Virus record (IMG/VR): IMGVR_UViG_3300050132_000248
Location: 1 to 64,000 of that record
Strand: one strand, 5' to 3'
Length of the DNA stretch: 64,000 nt
From: a virus
Part shown: positions 36,743 through 45,808 of the stretch, one piece after another
Layout of the letters: every line of letters begins with the position of its first letter
Numbering within the stretch: the stretch's first letter is position 1
The notes under the pieces: model-generated
The model's database searches: none
What the model was told of the DNA's origin: nothing
Seen by the model: the letters and a program-made list of their open reading frames with translations, nothing else
Program-made: the position numbers and the translations under genes

Positions 36743-37390
36743 TTAATGTTTATAATTATATATCCAAAAAGAAGCTTGCCTTCCGCTATCGAAGCATATC
36801 CAACTTATAATAGCTTTCCCTGCGATAACGTACCACTTTCTATTGCTGTGAATATCAGCTAAATTAAATACTAATCCTCCTGTTAAGAATAGGTTTCTGC
36901 CCATTTGAATCCCATGATATTTGTCCGTTGTCCAGACAAGGAATGAAGTTGAACCCAGGAATTTAGCACCCTGTTTAGGATCGTGATTTTTGTATTTGTT
37001 AGTCCATGTCAGAGCAGGGTCACACCTATAAGCAGGACAGTTCCATAACTTTTCAAAACGTTGTGGTGAGTGATCTAATGTCTGCATAGATCCATCACTC
37101 AGACCACTAATGAACCACGAGGCACACCCCGCAATAAATAATGGTGTGATAATGGGCTTCTTTTCGATCTTCACTACTGCATACCGTTGGGAAAACTCCC
37201 TGCGGTCTCTGGTTATTATAGAATCAGGTAAAACACAATCACCGGGTCTTCCGTAATACAATTTTGCTGTATCTATTCCAGTTCCTTTTATTTGTGGAAA
37301 CATTCTGTATTTCCCTACTATTGAATCCTGTGAATGTCCTGTAATGCCAATCAATACGAATAGCATCATAATGCTTAAAATTGTTTTCAT
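36743..37390 (-). CDS. exported/membrane protein with Sec signal peptide
   Basis: MKTILSIMMLFVLIGITGHS|QD (cleavage before Gln); further hydrophobic segments; visibly more GC-rich than neighbours. Confidence 0.65.
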   Translation of the reverse strand: MKTILSIMMLFVLIGITGHSQDSIVGKYRMFPQIKGTGIDTAKLYYGRPGDCVLPDSIITRDRREFSQRYAVVKIEKKPIITPLFIAGCASWFISGLSDGSMQTLDHSPQRFEKLWNCPAYRCDPALTWTNKYKNHDPKQGAKFLGSTSFLVWTTDKYHGIQMGRNLFLTGGLVFNLADIHSNRKWYVIAGKAIISWICFDSGRQASFWIYNYKH

Positions 37391-37408
37391 TTTTTTGTTT
37401 TTAAAGGT

Positions 37409-37639
37409 TTATTTCTTTAGATATTCAATAAATTCATCAATATCTGCTACCTCTATCCACAATGTTGATCCTGAATGTCTTTGGTTAAAATACTGCATAA
37501 ACTTGACTAATCCATCTCTTGGTTCAACCTTTGAAGCATAAGCTACCATTAATCTCATAACTTCACTTATAGGAACAAATGAACCATCATGTTTGCATCC
37601 ATTTGTGAATTTTTTTGCATTATCAATCGTGTTTTCCAT
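37409..37639 (-). CDS. hypothetical protein
   Basis: 76-aa ORF. Confidence 0.55.
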   Translation of the reverse strand: MENTIDNAKKFTNGCKHDGSFVPISEVMRLMVAYASKVEPRDGLVKFMQYFNQRHSGSTLWIEVADIDEFIEYLKK

Positions 37640-37657
37640 ATCTCTTATTCCTTTCTG

Positions 37658-38350
<693 letters not shown>

Positions 38351-38371
38351 GTTTCCCTTTCTGTTATTTGG

Positions 38372-39499
38372 TTAATCCCCTGTGTGATTGCCGTAACAGG
38401 CATTTGTTCTCTCAAAATTGGTTTGTTCGTCTTCCTTTTCCCCCTTATCCTCAACATGTTGCACAACTCCATCCTTATCAGGATTCCCCCATTTCCTTTT
38501 CTTATTAACCTCCATTTTAGTCTTTGAAAATTCAACAAGATCATCAAATGTTAATTTGAATTGTGATGCTGTGTTTAACAGTAATATAAAACAATCCGCA
38601 AACTCAGATCCAATCTCATCTTTTGAATGTTCGTGAAATATTGCCTGTTTTAATTCCTCAACTTCTTTAAGCAAATGAATACAATGAGAAATTGGTGTTG
38701 CATTTGGAAAGGTTTTATTTCGCCATTCATCCCAATCTTCCATTAATTTTTGTATTTCCCCCTTATCCTTCACATTAACAGCGTCTTGTGCCGTTACCCA
38801 TTTTGCATGAGGTGAATATGGGTCAAGGAATGAGTTTTTACCCAAAGTTACAGGCTTATCCTCAATAGGCTTATTCAGCAATGTTAACTTGTCAGGATTG
38901 GTATTGCCTTCTAATAATGCTTTAAATGGCTTAACCAAAACACTTTCTGGCTTATCATTAATGTATTTTTCTGCATAAGCACGAACATCAATACCCCTTC
39001 CCTGTAATCCTTTTTCAAGAATTTTAACAATTTCAGTATATCCCATTAAGCCATAAAACATAGAATAAAGACCATCATTAACACCACTCATATAATCAAC
39101 TGAGCCTGAAAACTTGTCTTTAATTCTTTGAATGTACGGATCGGAAATGATGAATTTGCCTTTTTCGTATTTATCTTCATCACCTTCCTCCATAGGTAAG
39201 TTTTCTTTCTTATCCTCAACTCTGGATAGGAGATGGGATTGAAACTTTATATTGCTTTGAACCTGTCTATAAATCAAATTATCCCAAATCTCTGTATTTC
39301 CATATATATTTTCTATGAATGGATATTCTTTTATGACATATTCCCTTATCTCCTCCTCAGACATAGGAGAGGATTGATTGCGGTAGGATTCCATTGCTTG
39401 TAAGGTATCTTCATAAAGCATATACTTTTCATTCTTACCATTCAGATGAAGAGTAAATGTCTTGTATTTACCAGAAATAATTTCTTCTTTTGTTGTCAT
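38372..39499 (-). CDS. multidomain protein with C-terminal MazG-like/DUF550 nucleotide pyrophosphohydrolase
   Basis: W..KTF...HLLKEVEEL...EFADCFILL...KMEVNK.RKW in the last ~120 aa. Confidence 0.7.
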   Translation of the reverse strand: MTTKEEIISGKYKTFTLHLNGKNEKYMLYEDTLQAMESYRNQSSPMSEEEIREYVIKEYPFIENIYGNTEIWDNLIYRQVQSNIKFQSHLLSRVEDKKENLPMEEGDEDKYEKGKFIISDPYIQRIKDKFSGSVDYMSGVNDGLYSMFYGLMGYTEIVKILEKGLQGRGIDVRAYAEKYINDKPESVLVKPFKALLEGNTNPDKLTLLNKPIEDKPVTLGKNSFLDPYSPHAKWVTAQDAVNVKDKGEIQKLMEDWDEWRNKTFPNATPISHCIHLLKEVEELKQAIFHEHSKDEIGSEFADCFILLLNTASQFKLTFDDLVEFSKTKMEVNKKRKWGNPDKDGVVQHVEDKGEKEDEQTNFERTNACYGNHTGD

Positions 39500-39572
39500 T
39501 TTGCTTGTTTTTATTGGTTTATATTTCGTGTCCTGAAAACTTTTCCCAGTCTTTTTCTTCCCCGAAGGGAGG

Positions 39573-39881
39573 TTAATTAATACTCAATGTCTTAACTTTA
39601 CTTTTATCTGGAGAATAACTGATGTGCGATAGATTTACACAGCATCCTGATTTGCCATTACGAGGTTTATAACCATCACACCACTTACCGCAAGGCTTAT
39701 CTTCTATATCATAGAAGGCCTCATATTCTCTGCACCAAAATACATCTCCGATTTTTTCAGGTATAGCAGGATGAAGTTTTACCTCTTTTACTTCTTCGTA
39801 ACTCAGAAACCACCTCCAATATTCAAGAGTATAACAATTTTCAGGATCGGATTCTTCTGCATTAAAATAGAGCTTCTTCAT
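39573..39881 (-). CDS. hypothetical Cys-rich protein
   Basis: WC...CGKWC..YKPRNGKSGCC. Confidence 0.65.
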   Translation of the reverse strand: MKKLYFNAEESDPENCYTLEYWRWFLSYEEVKEVKLHPAIPEKIGDVFWCREYEAFYDIEDKPCGKWCDGYKPRNGKSGCCVNLSHISYSPDKSKVKTLSIN

Positions 39882-40144
39882 TTTTTATGTTTTTTTGGAT
39901 AATAAAGTCCGTATGTTGTTGTATCGGCAGGCTGTATCTTGAAGTTTAAAGCCCCTCCGGTGATCTGTAATGCGTTTATCTTCTTTTGCTGGTACATTCT
40001 GTCGCCCAACTGGAGGGCATTGAGAAGAACACTTAAAATAAGAAATGTACCCAATGCCCAGTCTATTGCAATTTGAATTTTTAATTTTCGTTTATAATCA
40101 AAATTGGAGTCTATCATTATACTATTCTTTGCGAATTTTATCAA
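39878..40144 (-). CDS. single-pass membrane protein
   Basis: Hydrophobic IAIDWALGTFLILSVLLNAL. Confidence 0.55.
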   Translation of the reverse strand: MIKFAKNSIMIDSNFDYKRKLKIQIAIDWALGTFLILSVLLNALQLGDRMYQQKKINALQITGGALNFKIQPADTTTYGLYYPKKHKK

Positions 40145-40625
40145 GAATATTAGTATACAGAGTCATTAAATCAATTTCTGAGTCTATACTCTGAAGAGCC
40201 ATTACAGCAAGTGTCATGGCTTCGGCTTTCATATTAACTTTTTTATATTTTCCCTCTATAATAGCTGTTTGATTTCTACTGATGTTCAGCTTTTCTTCAA
40301 GATCATCCACCTGAGAAGACTTGATTATCCATTTTTGTTTCCATTCTTCAACTTTTTTTGTTGATGTTTCTATTTCATCAGAGAGAGTTTTAATAGCTTT
40401 CTCATTTTGAATGAATACATTATTCAACTGATTACACCATTTTTTAATTTCATCTTTTAGTTTATTAATGAGAATTTTTCTTCTGACATTCTTTGCCATT
40501 ATTATCCCCATCCATATGATATAGACAATAATAAAGAGAATAGAAAGTATAAATATCCAATTATGTACTGTTGTTGGCGTCTTTAACCATTGTATAATAT
40601 TGTTCCAAATATCTGTTGCATTCAT
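40122..40625 (-). CDS. membrane-anchored coiled-coil protein
   Basis: TM WIFILSILFIIVYIIWMGIIM followed by a heptad region. Confidence 0.6.
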   Translation of the reverse strand: MNATDIWNNIIQWLKTPTTVHNWIFILSILFIIVYIIWMGIIMAKNVRRKILINKLKDEIKKWCNQLNNVFIQNEKAIKTLSDEIETSTKKVEEWKQKWIIKSSQVDDLEEKLNISRNQTAIIEGKYKKVNMKAEAMTLAVMALQSIDSEIDLMTLYTNILDKIRKE

Positions 40626-40643
40626 TTTTGTTTGTTTTAGATG

Positions 40644-40889
40644 TTATTTTTCATGTCCTGAGAATTTTTCCCAAGACTTTTCTTCCTTCAATGCTTTATT
40701 CTTTTCATCACTGAGAAGAAGTTTATCATTAAATTCCTTTTCACCTTCATATTCTTCCTCTTCTTCCACACCTGTATGTTCGTGGCATAAGGGACATAAA
40801 TCTGAATCAGGCCAATTAATCATTTCCTCAGCACAGCATTCTGAATAGTATTTCATAGTAAACGATGATGAGTGATATGTTTCTCCCAA
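40644..40889 (-). CDS. hypothetical zinc-finger protein
   Basis: SECC...LCPLCHEH; true start probably 40856. Confidence 0.55.
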   Translation of the reverse strand: MGETYHSSSFTMKYYSECCAEEMINWPDSDLCPLCHEHTGVEEEEEYEGEKEFNDKLLLSDEKNKALKEEKSWEKFSGHEK

Positions 40890-41086
40890 AGTGCTCTTAC
40901 TCTATCTACATCTTCTAATGATTTAGCAAATACAACTGTTTTTCCATCAGAAAGATAAACTGGTATTTTATTAGTGATATCTCCAGCAATACGTTGTTCG
41001 GGAGTGAGTTTATTTTGGATTAAATGATTAATAGCAGATCCTAATCCTTTGGCTGTCTTACGACTACTTACTCTTGGATGTCTCAT
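40853..41086 (-). CDS. hypothetical protein
   Basis: 77-aa ORF. Confidence 0.55.
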   Translation of the reverse strand: MRHPRVSSRKTAKGLGSAINHLIQNKLTPEQRIAGDITNKIPVYLSDGKTVVFAKSLEDVDRVRALWEKHITHHRLL

Positions 41087-41307
41087 ATCTTTTTACTTTT
41101 TCCTGCAAGTTTACGATTATAACCACTCTGATCATACATCATCATTGATTTTTGAATCTCTAATGCTCCTATAATTTCCTGATAGTTTGGCTGAAAACCT
41201 TTCTCAAGACTATTTACATTAATAGTTTGACAGTTCTCACCCACTGTTATAACAATTTCAAATTTCTGTTTGTTGAAATCTGGTTTCATTAGTTTATTTA
41301 AACTCAT
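41083..41307 (-). CDS. hypothetical protein
   Basis: 74-aa ORF, AAGGAGG SD. Confidence 0.6.
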   Translation of the reverse strand: MSLNKLMKPDFNKQKFEIVITVGENCQTINVNSLEKGFQPNYQEIIGALEIQKSMMMYDQSGYNRKLAGKSKKI

Positions 41308-41330
41308 AATATTCCTCCTTAAGTTTTATA

Positions 41331-41380
41331 AGGGAAAAGATTCCAAAATTACTAATAATTTCAATTAGAATCTTCTCCCT
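41331..41380 (-). other. intergenic 13-bp stem with 24-nt loop
   Basis: AGGGAGAAGATTC...GAATCTTTTCCCT; the single mismatch is a G-U pair on the minus strand. Confidence 0.55.
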
Positions 41381-41606
41381 TCAAATTTAATAATGGTTTT
41401 CATACTTATACTCCTTCCTCAAGTTTGAAGATGATTCTTTCTGTTAATGATACTTCAGGATTTACAAGTTTTTCTGTTCTTACAATTCTTGCTGCCTGAC
41501 GAATTAATGATTCTTGATTGCCTGCTGCTCTCAGCTTCTTGTTAATGACAAGAGTTTTCATTATTACTGTTTTCATGTTTTTGCTTTTTTAGTTGTTTAC
41601 TTATAA

Positions 41607-41822
41607 TTATTGTTTTTTAACATTGTTCCACCATATTTCAAATTCCCCTCGATGAAAGCTTAATAAGGAAGCTTGTCTGCAGAGAACCTTCACCTCTTCT
41701 TCAGAATAGAAGAATTTCTTTGCATGTTTGGCATTGTGCTCAGAGAGCATTTCATGAACTCCTTCAATAAGAGTGACATCTTTATCAGAGACATCACTCT
41801 TAACAGATTTGGGTGTTATCAT
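41607..41822 (-). CDS. hypothetical protein
   Basis: 71-aa ORF, GGAGGTGA SD, YSEEEV and FE.WW motifs. Confidence 0.6.
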   Translation of the reverse strand: MITPKSVKSDVSDKDVTLIEGVHEMLSEHNAKHAKKFFYSEEEVKVLCRQASLLSFHRGEFEIWWNNVKKQ

Positions 41823-41922
41823 TTTCTCACCTCCAAATATCCATTTTTCATTCTGAGCATCATCTCATCAATTTTACGAATTAGCTGTTCAACAGCTTTT
41901 TCTAATTTGATTTGTTCTTTCA

Positions 41923-42144
41923 TTATTTTGTCCTCCTATTTGATTTGTAAATTGTGTTTTTAGAAGCTTTTTCCCATTTGCTTGTTTCAGGAAATGAGTT
42001 ATACATATGATTGATTTGAATTCTATGAACAGGAGCAAAATATGATTTATATTTGCTCTTAGAAGAATGATGATGACGTGGAGCTGGAAAAGCTGGTTCA
42101 CATCCCCATAGAAAAATGAGTATGATAATTAATAGTGTTTTCAT
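41923..42144 (-). CDS. small putative lipoprotein/exported peptide
   Basis: MKTLLIIILIFLWGC; AAGGAG SD. Confidence 0.5.
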   Translation of the reverse strand: MKTLLIIILIFLWGCEPAFPAPRHHHSSKSKYKSYFAPVHRIQINHMYNSFPETSKWEKASKNTIYKSNRRTK

Positions 42145-42187
42145 TATTATTCTCCTTATTAGTTAAGATTTAATTGATAATGCTATA

Positions 42188-42523
42188 TTACTTGCTGAAT
42201 TTCTTTTCCCAAAGAGCAATAGCATCTTTGACATTTTTGATTCTTGAGTCATAATCATCATCCTCATACCAAGCATACTTTGCATCTGTAGGACGTTGCT
42301 TTGCCAATTCTGGTAGAAATAGCAAATGACTATTACAACCATGTATGAAGAATCTATTACCCTTCAATATATCATGTTCTATAATAACACACATGAAACA
42401 AAACTCGTTGTCTCTTTTGGCAATTTTCAATTCTTTCAATAATTCCCTGTATATGAGAATTCTGTATTTAGGAAGAATGATTCCTTTCCTGAATTTGACA
42501 TTCTTTAATTCTGTGTTTTTCAT
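42188..42523 (-). CDS. hypothetical protein
   Basis: 111-aa ORF. Confidence 0.6.
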   Translation of the reverse strand: MKNTELKNVKFRKGIILPKYRILIYRELLKELKIAKRDNEFCFMCVIIEHDILKGNRFFIHGCNSHLLFLPELAKQRPTDAKYAWYEDDDYDSRIKNVKDAIALWEKKFSK

Positions 42524-42561
42524 GTTATTTTCTCTTTAAAGTTTTAATTTATAAATAGTTG

Positions 42562-42640
42562 TAACAAGAGGAATAGTTGAAATTCCATCAAAGACTTTCT
42601 ACTTCGATTATCTTTAGCACTCCCGTTGTGCTATCTTGTT
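42562..42640 (-). ncRNA. tRNA-like cloverleaf with a 16-nt anticodon loop (function unknown; possible pseudo-tRNA or mimic)
   Basis: AACAAGA TA GCAC-AACGGGA-GTGC T AAAGA-N16-TCTTT GAT GGAAT-TTCAACT-ATTCC TCTTGTT A, then CAA; all four stems Watson-Crick. Confidence 0.65.
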
Positions 42641-42646
42641 AAAAAA

Positions 42647-42736
42647 CAAACTCTCACAAGGTTGTAATCCTTGATAGTAAATAACTTTTAGTTCTCTACT
42701 ACTCAAATAAGATCGTTCAATTTGAATGAGAGTTTG
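42647..42736 (-). ncRNA. cloverleaf-like structured element, copy 1
   Basis: Closing stem CAAACTCTCA/TGAGAGTTTG; TCAAAT/ATTTGA arm; TAGTA/TACTA arm; CAAGG-ATTACAA-CCTTG arm stacked on the closing stem. Confidence 0.5.
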
Positions 42737-42743
42737 ATATTGA

Positions 42744-42905
42744 TTAACTTTCTATCAAATAGTTATTGAATTCATCTTCATCTCCTTCAACAGAACAAAT
42801 AGTATCCTTTTGTCCTATTCCATGGAGTAATAAATATAACAGCCAGAACTCAAGAATAAGAGCAAAGGTTGATAAAATTGGATGATTGCTTACAAGTGTT
42901 TCCAT
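42744..42905 (-). CDS. small membrane peptide (53 aa, not in ORF track)
   Basis: METLVSNHPILSTFALILEFWLLYLLLHGIGQKDTICSVEGDEDEFNNYLIES*; AGGAGGA SD. Confidence 0.6.
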   Translation of the reverse strand: METLVSNHPILSTFALILEFWLLYLLLHGIGQKDTICSVEGDEDEFNNYLIES

Positions 42906-42923
42906 AATTTTCCTCCTAAAAGT

Positions 42924-43493
42924 TTATTTGTATTTTAAAGCTCTTTTTGCTATGATTATTAATTTTTTAGTAGTTACAGCAGCAGCATCAGCAGCAGCAG
43001 CATCAGCAGCAGCAGCATAAGCAGCATCAGCAGCATAAGCAGCAGCATAAGCAGCAACAGCAGCATTAGCAGCAGCATAAGCAGCAGCATCAGATCTATC
43101 TTTATCACTCAACCAATCATTTGCCCATTTATTCCATTTCTTGTCTTTATAAACTAATTTTCCCATAAGAATGGCAAAAGCAACTCTTTGATTAGTAGTA
43201 AGTTTTGGAAGTTTTATTCTCTTAATAATAGTCATATGAGTATACGCTTCCTTTAATTTATCTGATTTTGACTCTCCACTTACTTCACACTCATAAAGTC
43301 TTGGATTCTTAATATTAGCATGTATAGGATTTAGTAAAACAGCTAATAATGGATGTGAATAACAATGTAACCACCCATCTGAGCACATTTCTCCTATACC
43401 AGAAGTTGTTACTTCTTTATTTAGTTTCCATTGAAAGTCATTATGTGTTGTTAATGACTGTGTTGTAAGTTTATATCTAATTATAGGTTTCAT
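42924..43493 (-). CDS. phage protein with C-terminal Ala/Tyr/Asp repeats
   Basis: YKLT...GWLHCY...RLYECEV domain plus a GCT/TAT/GAT repeat tract at 42976-43090. Confidence 0.7.
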   Translation of the reverse strand: MKPIIRYKLTTQSLTTHNDFQWKLNKEVTTSGIGEMCSDGWLHCYSHPLLAVLLNPIHANIKNPRLYECEVSGESKSDKLKEAYTHMTIIKRIKLPKLTTNQRVAFAILMGKLVYKDKKWNKWANDWLSDKDRSDAAAYAAANAAVAAYAAAYAADAAYAAAADAAAADAAAVTTKKLIIIAKRALKYK

Positions 43494-43519
43494 AATTTTC
43501 CTCCGTAAAGTTTAAATTA

Positions 43520-43774
43520 TTAATTTTCAGTTAGTTCTATTGTGCCTTTAAATGGTGTGTAAAATTGTGAACTCCATCCTTCTGCATATAGTCCTATATC
43601 TGTTGGAGCACCACTGTTTACAACACAGGTTCCTGCTAATTTAGAATCAGAATTTTCTGTACAAAGTACAATAAGAAAATCCTCATCATCAGTCTTAGAG
43701 AAAGTGTAAAGCTTTCCTTTTTGAAATTTTTGGCAGCTTTTATTATATTTTGATGAGATAACTTTTGATTTCAT
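43520..43774 (-). CDS. hypothetical SH3-like protein, paralog A
   Basis: Shares MKS.I.S, FQKGK.Y, I.LCT, G...GW, F.G.IEL with 45051-45308. Confidence 0.6.
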   Translation of the reverse strand: MKSKVISSKYNKSCQKFQKGKLYTFSKTDDEDFLIVLCTENSDSKLAGTCVVNSGAPTDIGLYAEGWSSQFYTPFKGTIELTEN

Positions 43775-43794
43775 AATTATTCCTCTTTAAATTG

Positions 43795-44166
43795 TTAATA
43801 GTTAATAACATTTCTTATTTTAACCCATTGCCAATTATCTGGATAGGTCCCTATTGGATCATCATTAGGAAGTCCATTGATGGTGTCCTGAATGAAAGCT
43901 CTCCAATGTGTGTCAAAAGTTGGTTGTCCATTTGCTGAAGGACAATTGATTGAATCATAAGGCAATAGTTGGATTTTTGTGCAGCCTTCATCTAATTGAA
44001 ATACTACATGTCTATTGCCTGAATTGACAAACCATATATTCCAAGTCATTAACTCAGAATTGTTTATCTTATTTGTGCAGCCAGAGAAGAGCAATGCAAA
44101 TATTATCAATACAATGAGTGCAATCCAACAAGCAATATTTTCCGCTTTGTTGTAAGTTGTTTTCAT
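43795..44166 (-). CDS. putative lipoprotein
   Basis: Hydrophobic stretch ending LLFSGC (lipobox-like); AGGAGG SD. Confidence 0.55.
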   Translation of the reverse strand: MKTTYNKAENIACWIALIVLIIFALLFSGCTNKINNSELMTWNIWFVNSGNRHVVFQLDEGCTKIQLLPYDSINCPSANGQPTFDTHWRAFIQDTINGLPNDDPIGTYPDNWQWVKIRNVINY

Positions 44167-44580
44167 GATAGTCCTCCTAAAGGATGATTAATGTGAAAGC
44201 CAATAGAGCCATCCCCACATAAGACAGATAACAGCTACAATAATGACATCAAGCCAATGACTTTCATTCATATTTATAACACGATTAATCTCCATTTCAA
44301 TATATCCTATAGAAAGGAATAAAGAAAATACAAATACGATAGTTGGTAGCATAGTTTTAAAAATTAGGATTGAATGAATAATTAACCTTATAACTCTGAA
44401 ATTCAGTAGTTACACCTACAGAATCACAAGGAAAATTAAGAAATGGTGTGAGAAAATACTTTCTCTGTCTTCCTGAATAAGCAAGATCATAGCCATATTT
44501 TCTTGCAATGTTGAATAGTTTCTTTTTCATAATATTAGTTTAAATTGTTAATAATCAATCATATATCAAAAGGAATGTGT

Positions 44581-44644
44581 AAAAATGAGAGAAGACAAAA
44601 TACAAAACACATTGTTCAACATAATACAAAATGTCTTCTCTCAT
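44581..44644 (-). terminator. terminator-like 13-bp stem with 34-nt loop
   Basis: ATGAGAGAAGACA...TGTCTTCTCTCAT then TTTT. Confidence 0.5.
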
Positions 44645-44698
44645 AAATTTACACATTGGTGTCATTCTGCACTACCTTCATTTCACTAATTCATTTAA

Positions 44699-45031
44699 TC
44701 AAAAGAACTCTTCACAATCACAATTTATATACAATAAATCATGATGGAAAGTAGGAGCATGTTCTGGGTAACATCCTTCATGAATTCTACAAAAATCTTT
44801 TGCCCATTCAAAAGCTTCAAATGTCCATTCTTTATTACAGTTTGGAAGAGGAATTTTAATATATCTTTTTTCTATTTCAATATCCCGTCCACAAATTCTT
44901 GAACCAAGAGCATCTACAGCATCAGATAGAGAAGGTTTTCTCTTCTGTTTGAATTTAATACATTCAAGAGTTGAATGTTCTTTGTCAATTTCATAACCAT
45001 CAGGTGCAATGATTTTAATTTCTTTTTCCAT
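44699..45031 (-). CDS. hypothetical protein
   Basis: IKI.APDGYEIDKE.ST.E.I.FK N-terminus common in Bacteroidota phage ORFans. Confidence 0.65.
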   Translation of the reverse strand: MEKEIKIIAPDGYEIDKEHSTLECIKFKQKRKPSLSDAVDALGSRICGRDIEIEKRYIKIPLPNCNKEWTFEAFEWAKDFCRIHEGCYPEHAPTFHHDLLYINCDCEEFF

Positions 45032-45050
45032 TTTGTTTAGTTTTAAGACG

Positions 45051-45308
45051 TTATTCTGTTTCTAATTCAATTTTTCCTGTCCAAAGTTCTGGTGTAGATC
45101 CCCAACCCATTGAAAAATAACCCACAATATAATTTTCCTCATTCTCATTTTTCCTAATGACATTGATTATGACTCCTATTAATGATTCATGATCTATTGT
45201 ACATAGAATAATGAGTTTATTACCATTTATATTCCACAAATAGCACTTCCCTCTTTGATATTTGGAAGGATTGGAATTAGTTGTTGTTGATAAAATTGTT
45301 GATTTCAT
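45051..45308 (-). CDS. hypothetical SH3-like protein, paralog B
   Basis: See 43520-43774. Confidence 0.6.
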   Translation of the reverse strand: MKSTILSTTTNSNPSKYQRGKCYLWNINGNKLIILCTIDHESLIGVIINVIRKNENEENYIVGYFSMGWGSTPELWTGKIELETE

Positions 45309-45358
45309 AATAGATTGATTAAGTTTAACTTATAAATATATTGAGTTTTATTGTTGTA

Positions 45359-45455
45359 TTGATAAATATCAACGATATCAATGACAAATATCAATCAAAC
45401 CATTGATATATATCAATGGACTAATTGACAACTCTCATTAAATTATTGATATATC
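45359..45455. repeat. cluster of TTGATA/TATCAA palindromic sites
   Basis: 7 copies in about 95 bp, including TTGATAAATATCAA (45359-45372) and the perfect 20-bp palindrome CCATTGATATATATCAATGG (45400-45419). Confidence 0.7.
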
Positions 45456-45562
45456 TCATTCTCAATTCCTTGTGTATGTCAAAAATTTCACCGACCTTTG
45501 CCAGCAGTGAGCGGAGTGGAATAAAGCGAACACCGCTTATCTAAAAGCTGAAGGAACAGTCT

Positions 45563-45808
45563 CTAACTATAATACTCCCGAGATAGGAATCCAACACTCT
45601 TCAAATAGAATCTTTTATTATGAGTTCTTGACAACATTGTACGAGGTTTACCATTTTTCTTGAGCCTATCTCTTATTGGATTACCACCTATTGTGTTTCT
45701 CCAGCCAAACAACTTTCTATTGGCTTCCATGGAGCTTGAAAACTCACCAATATATTCTCCATCCTCCCAATAAGCTATAACACGAATAGAATTATCAATT
45801 TCTTTCAT
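45563..45808 (-). CDS. stand-alone NUMOD1-like DNA-binding protein
   Basis: VIAY..DGEYIGEF.SS.EA.RKL pattern. Confidence 0.5.
   Translation of the reverse strand: MKEIDNSIRVIAYWEDGEYIGEFSSSMEANRKLFGWRNTIGGNPIRDRLKKNGKPRTMLSRTHNKRFYLKSVGFLSREYYS

Noticed and set aside
38372-39499. 2-aminoadenine (Z-genome) pathway
   Set aside because: Only a DUF550-like domain is present; no PurZ or DatZ homolog in the window.
39558-39573. C(UUCG)G tetraloop hairpin as a terminator
   Set aside because: Followed by an A-run rather than a U-tract on the coding strand; it may be a stability stem, but the evidence is too thin to call.
42524-42561. Theta/HDV-like ribozyme downstream of the tRNA-like element
   Set aside because: The 3' flank is a short AT-rich leader of the next gene with no nested pseudoknot.
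45429-45475. Third, inverted copy of the ACTCTCA...CCTTGTG element
   Set aside because: Only short word matches; no closing stem or T-arm-like hairpin forms.
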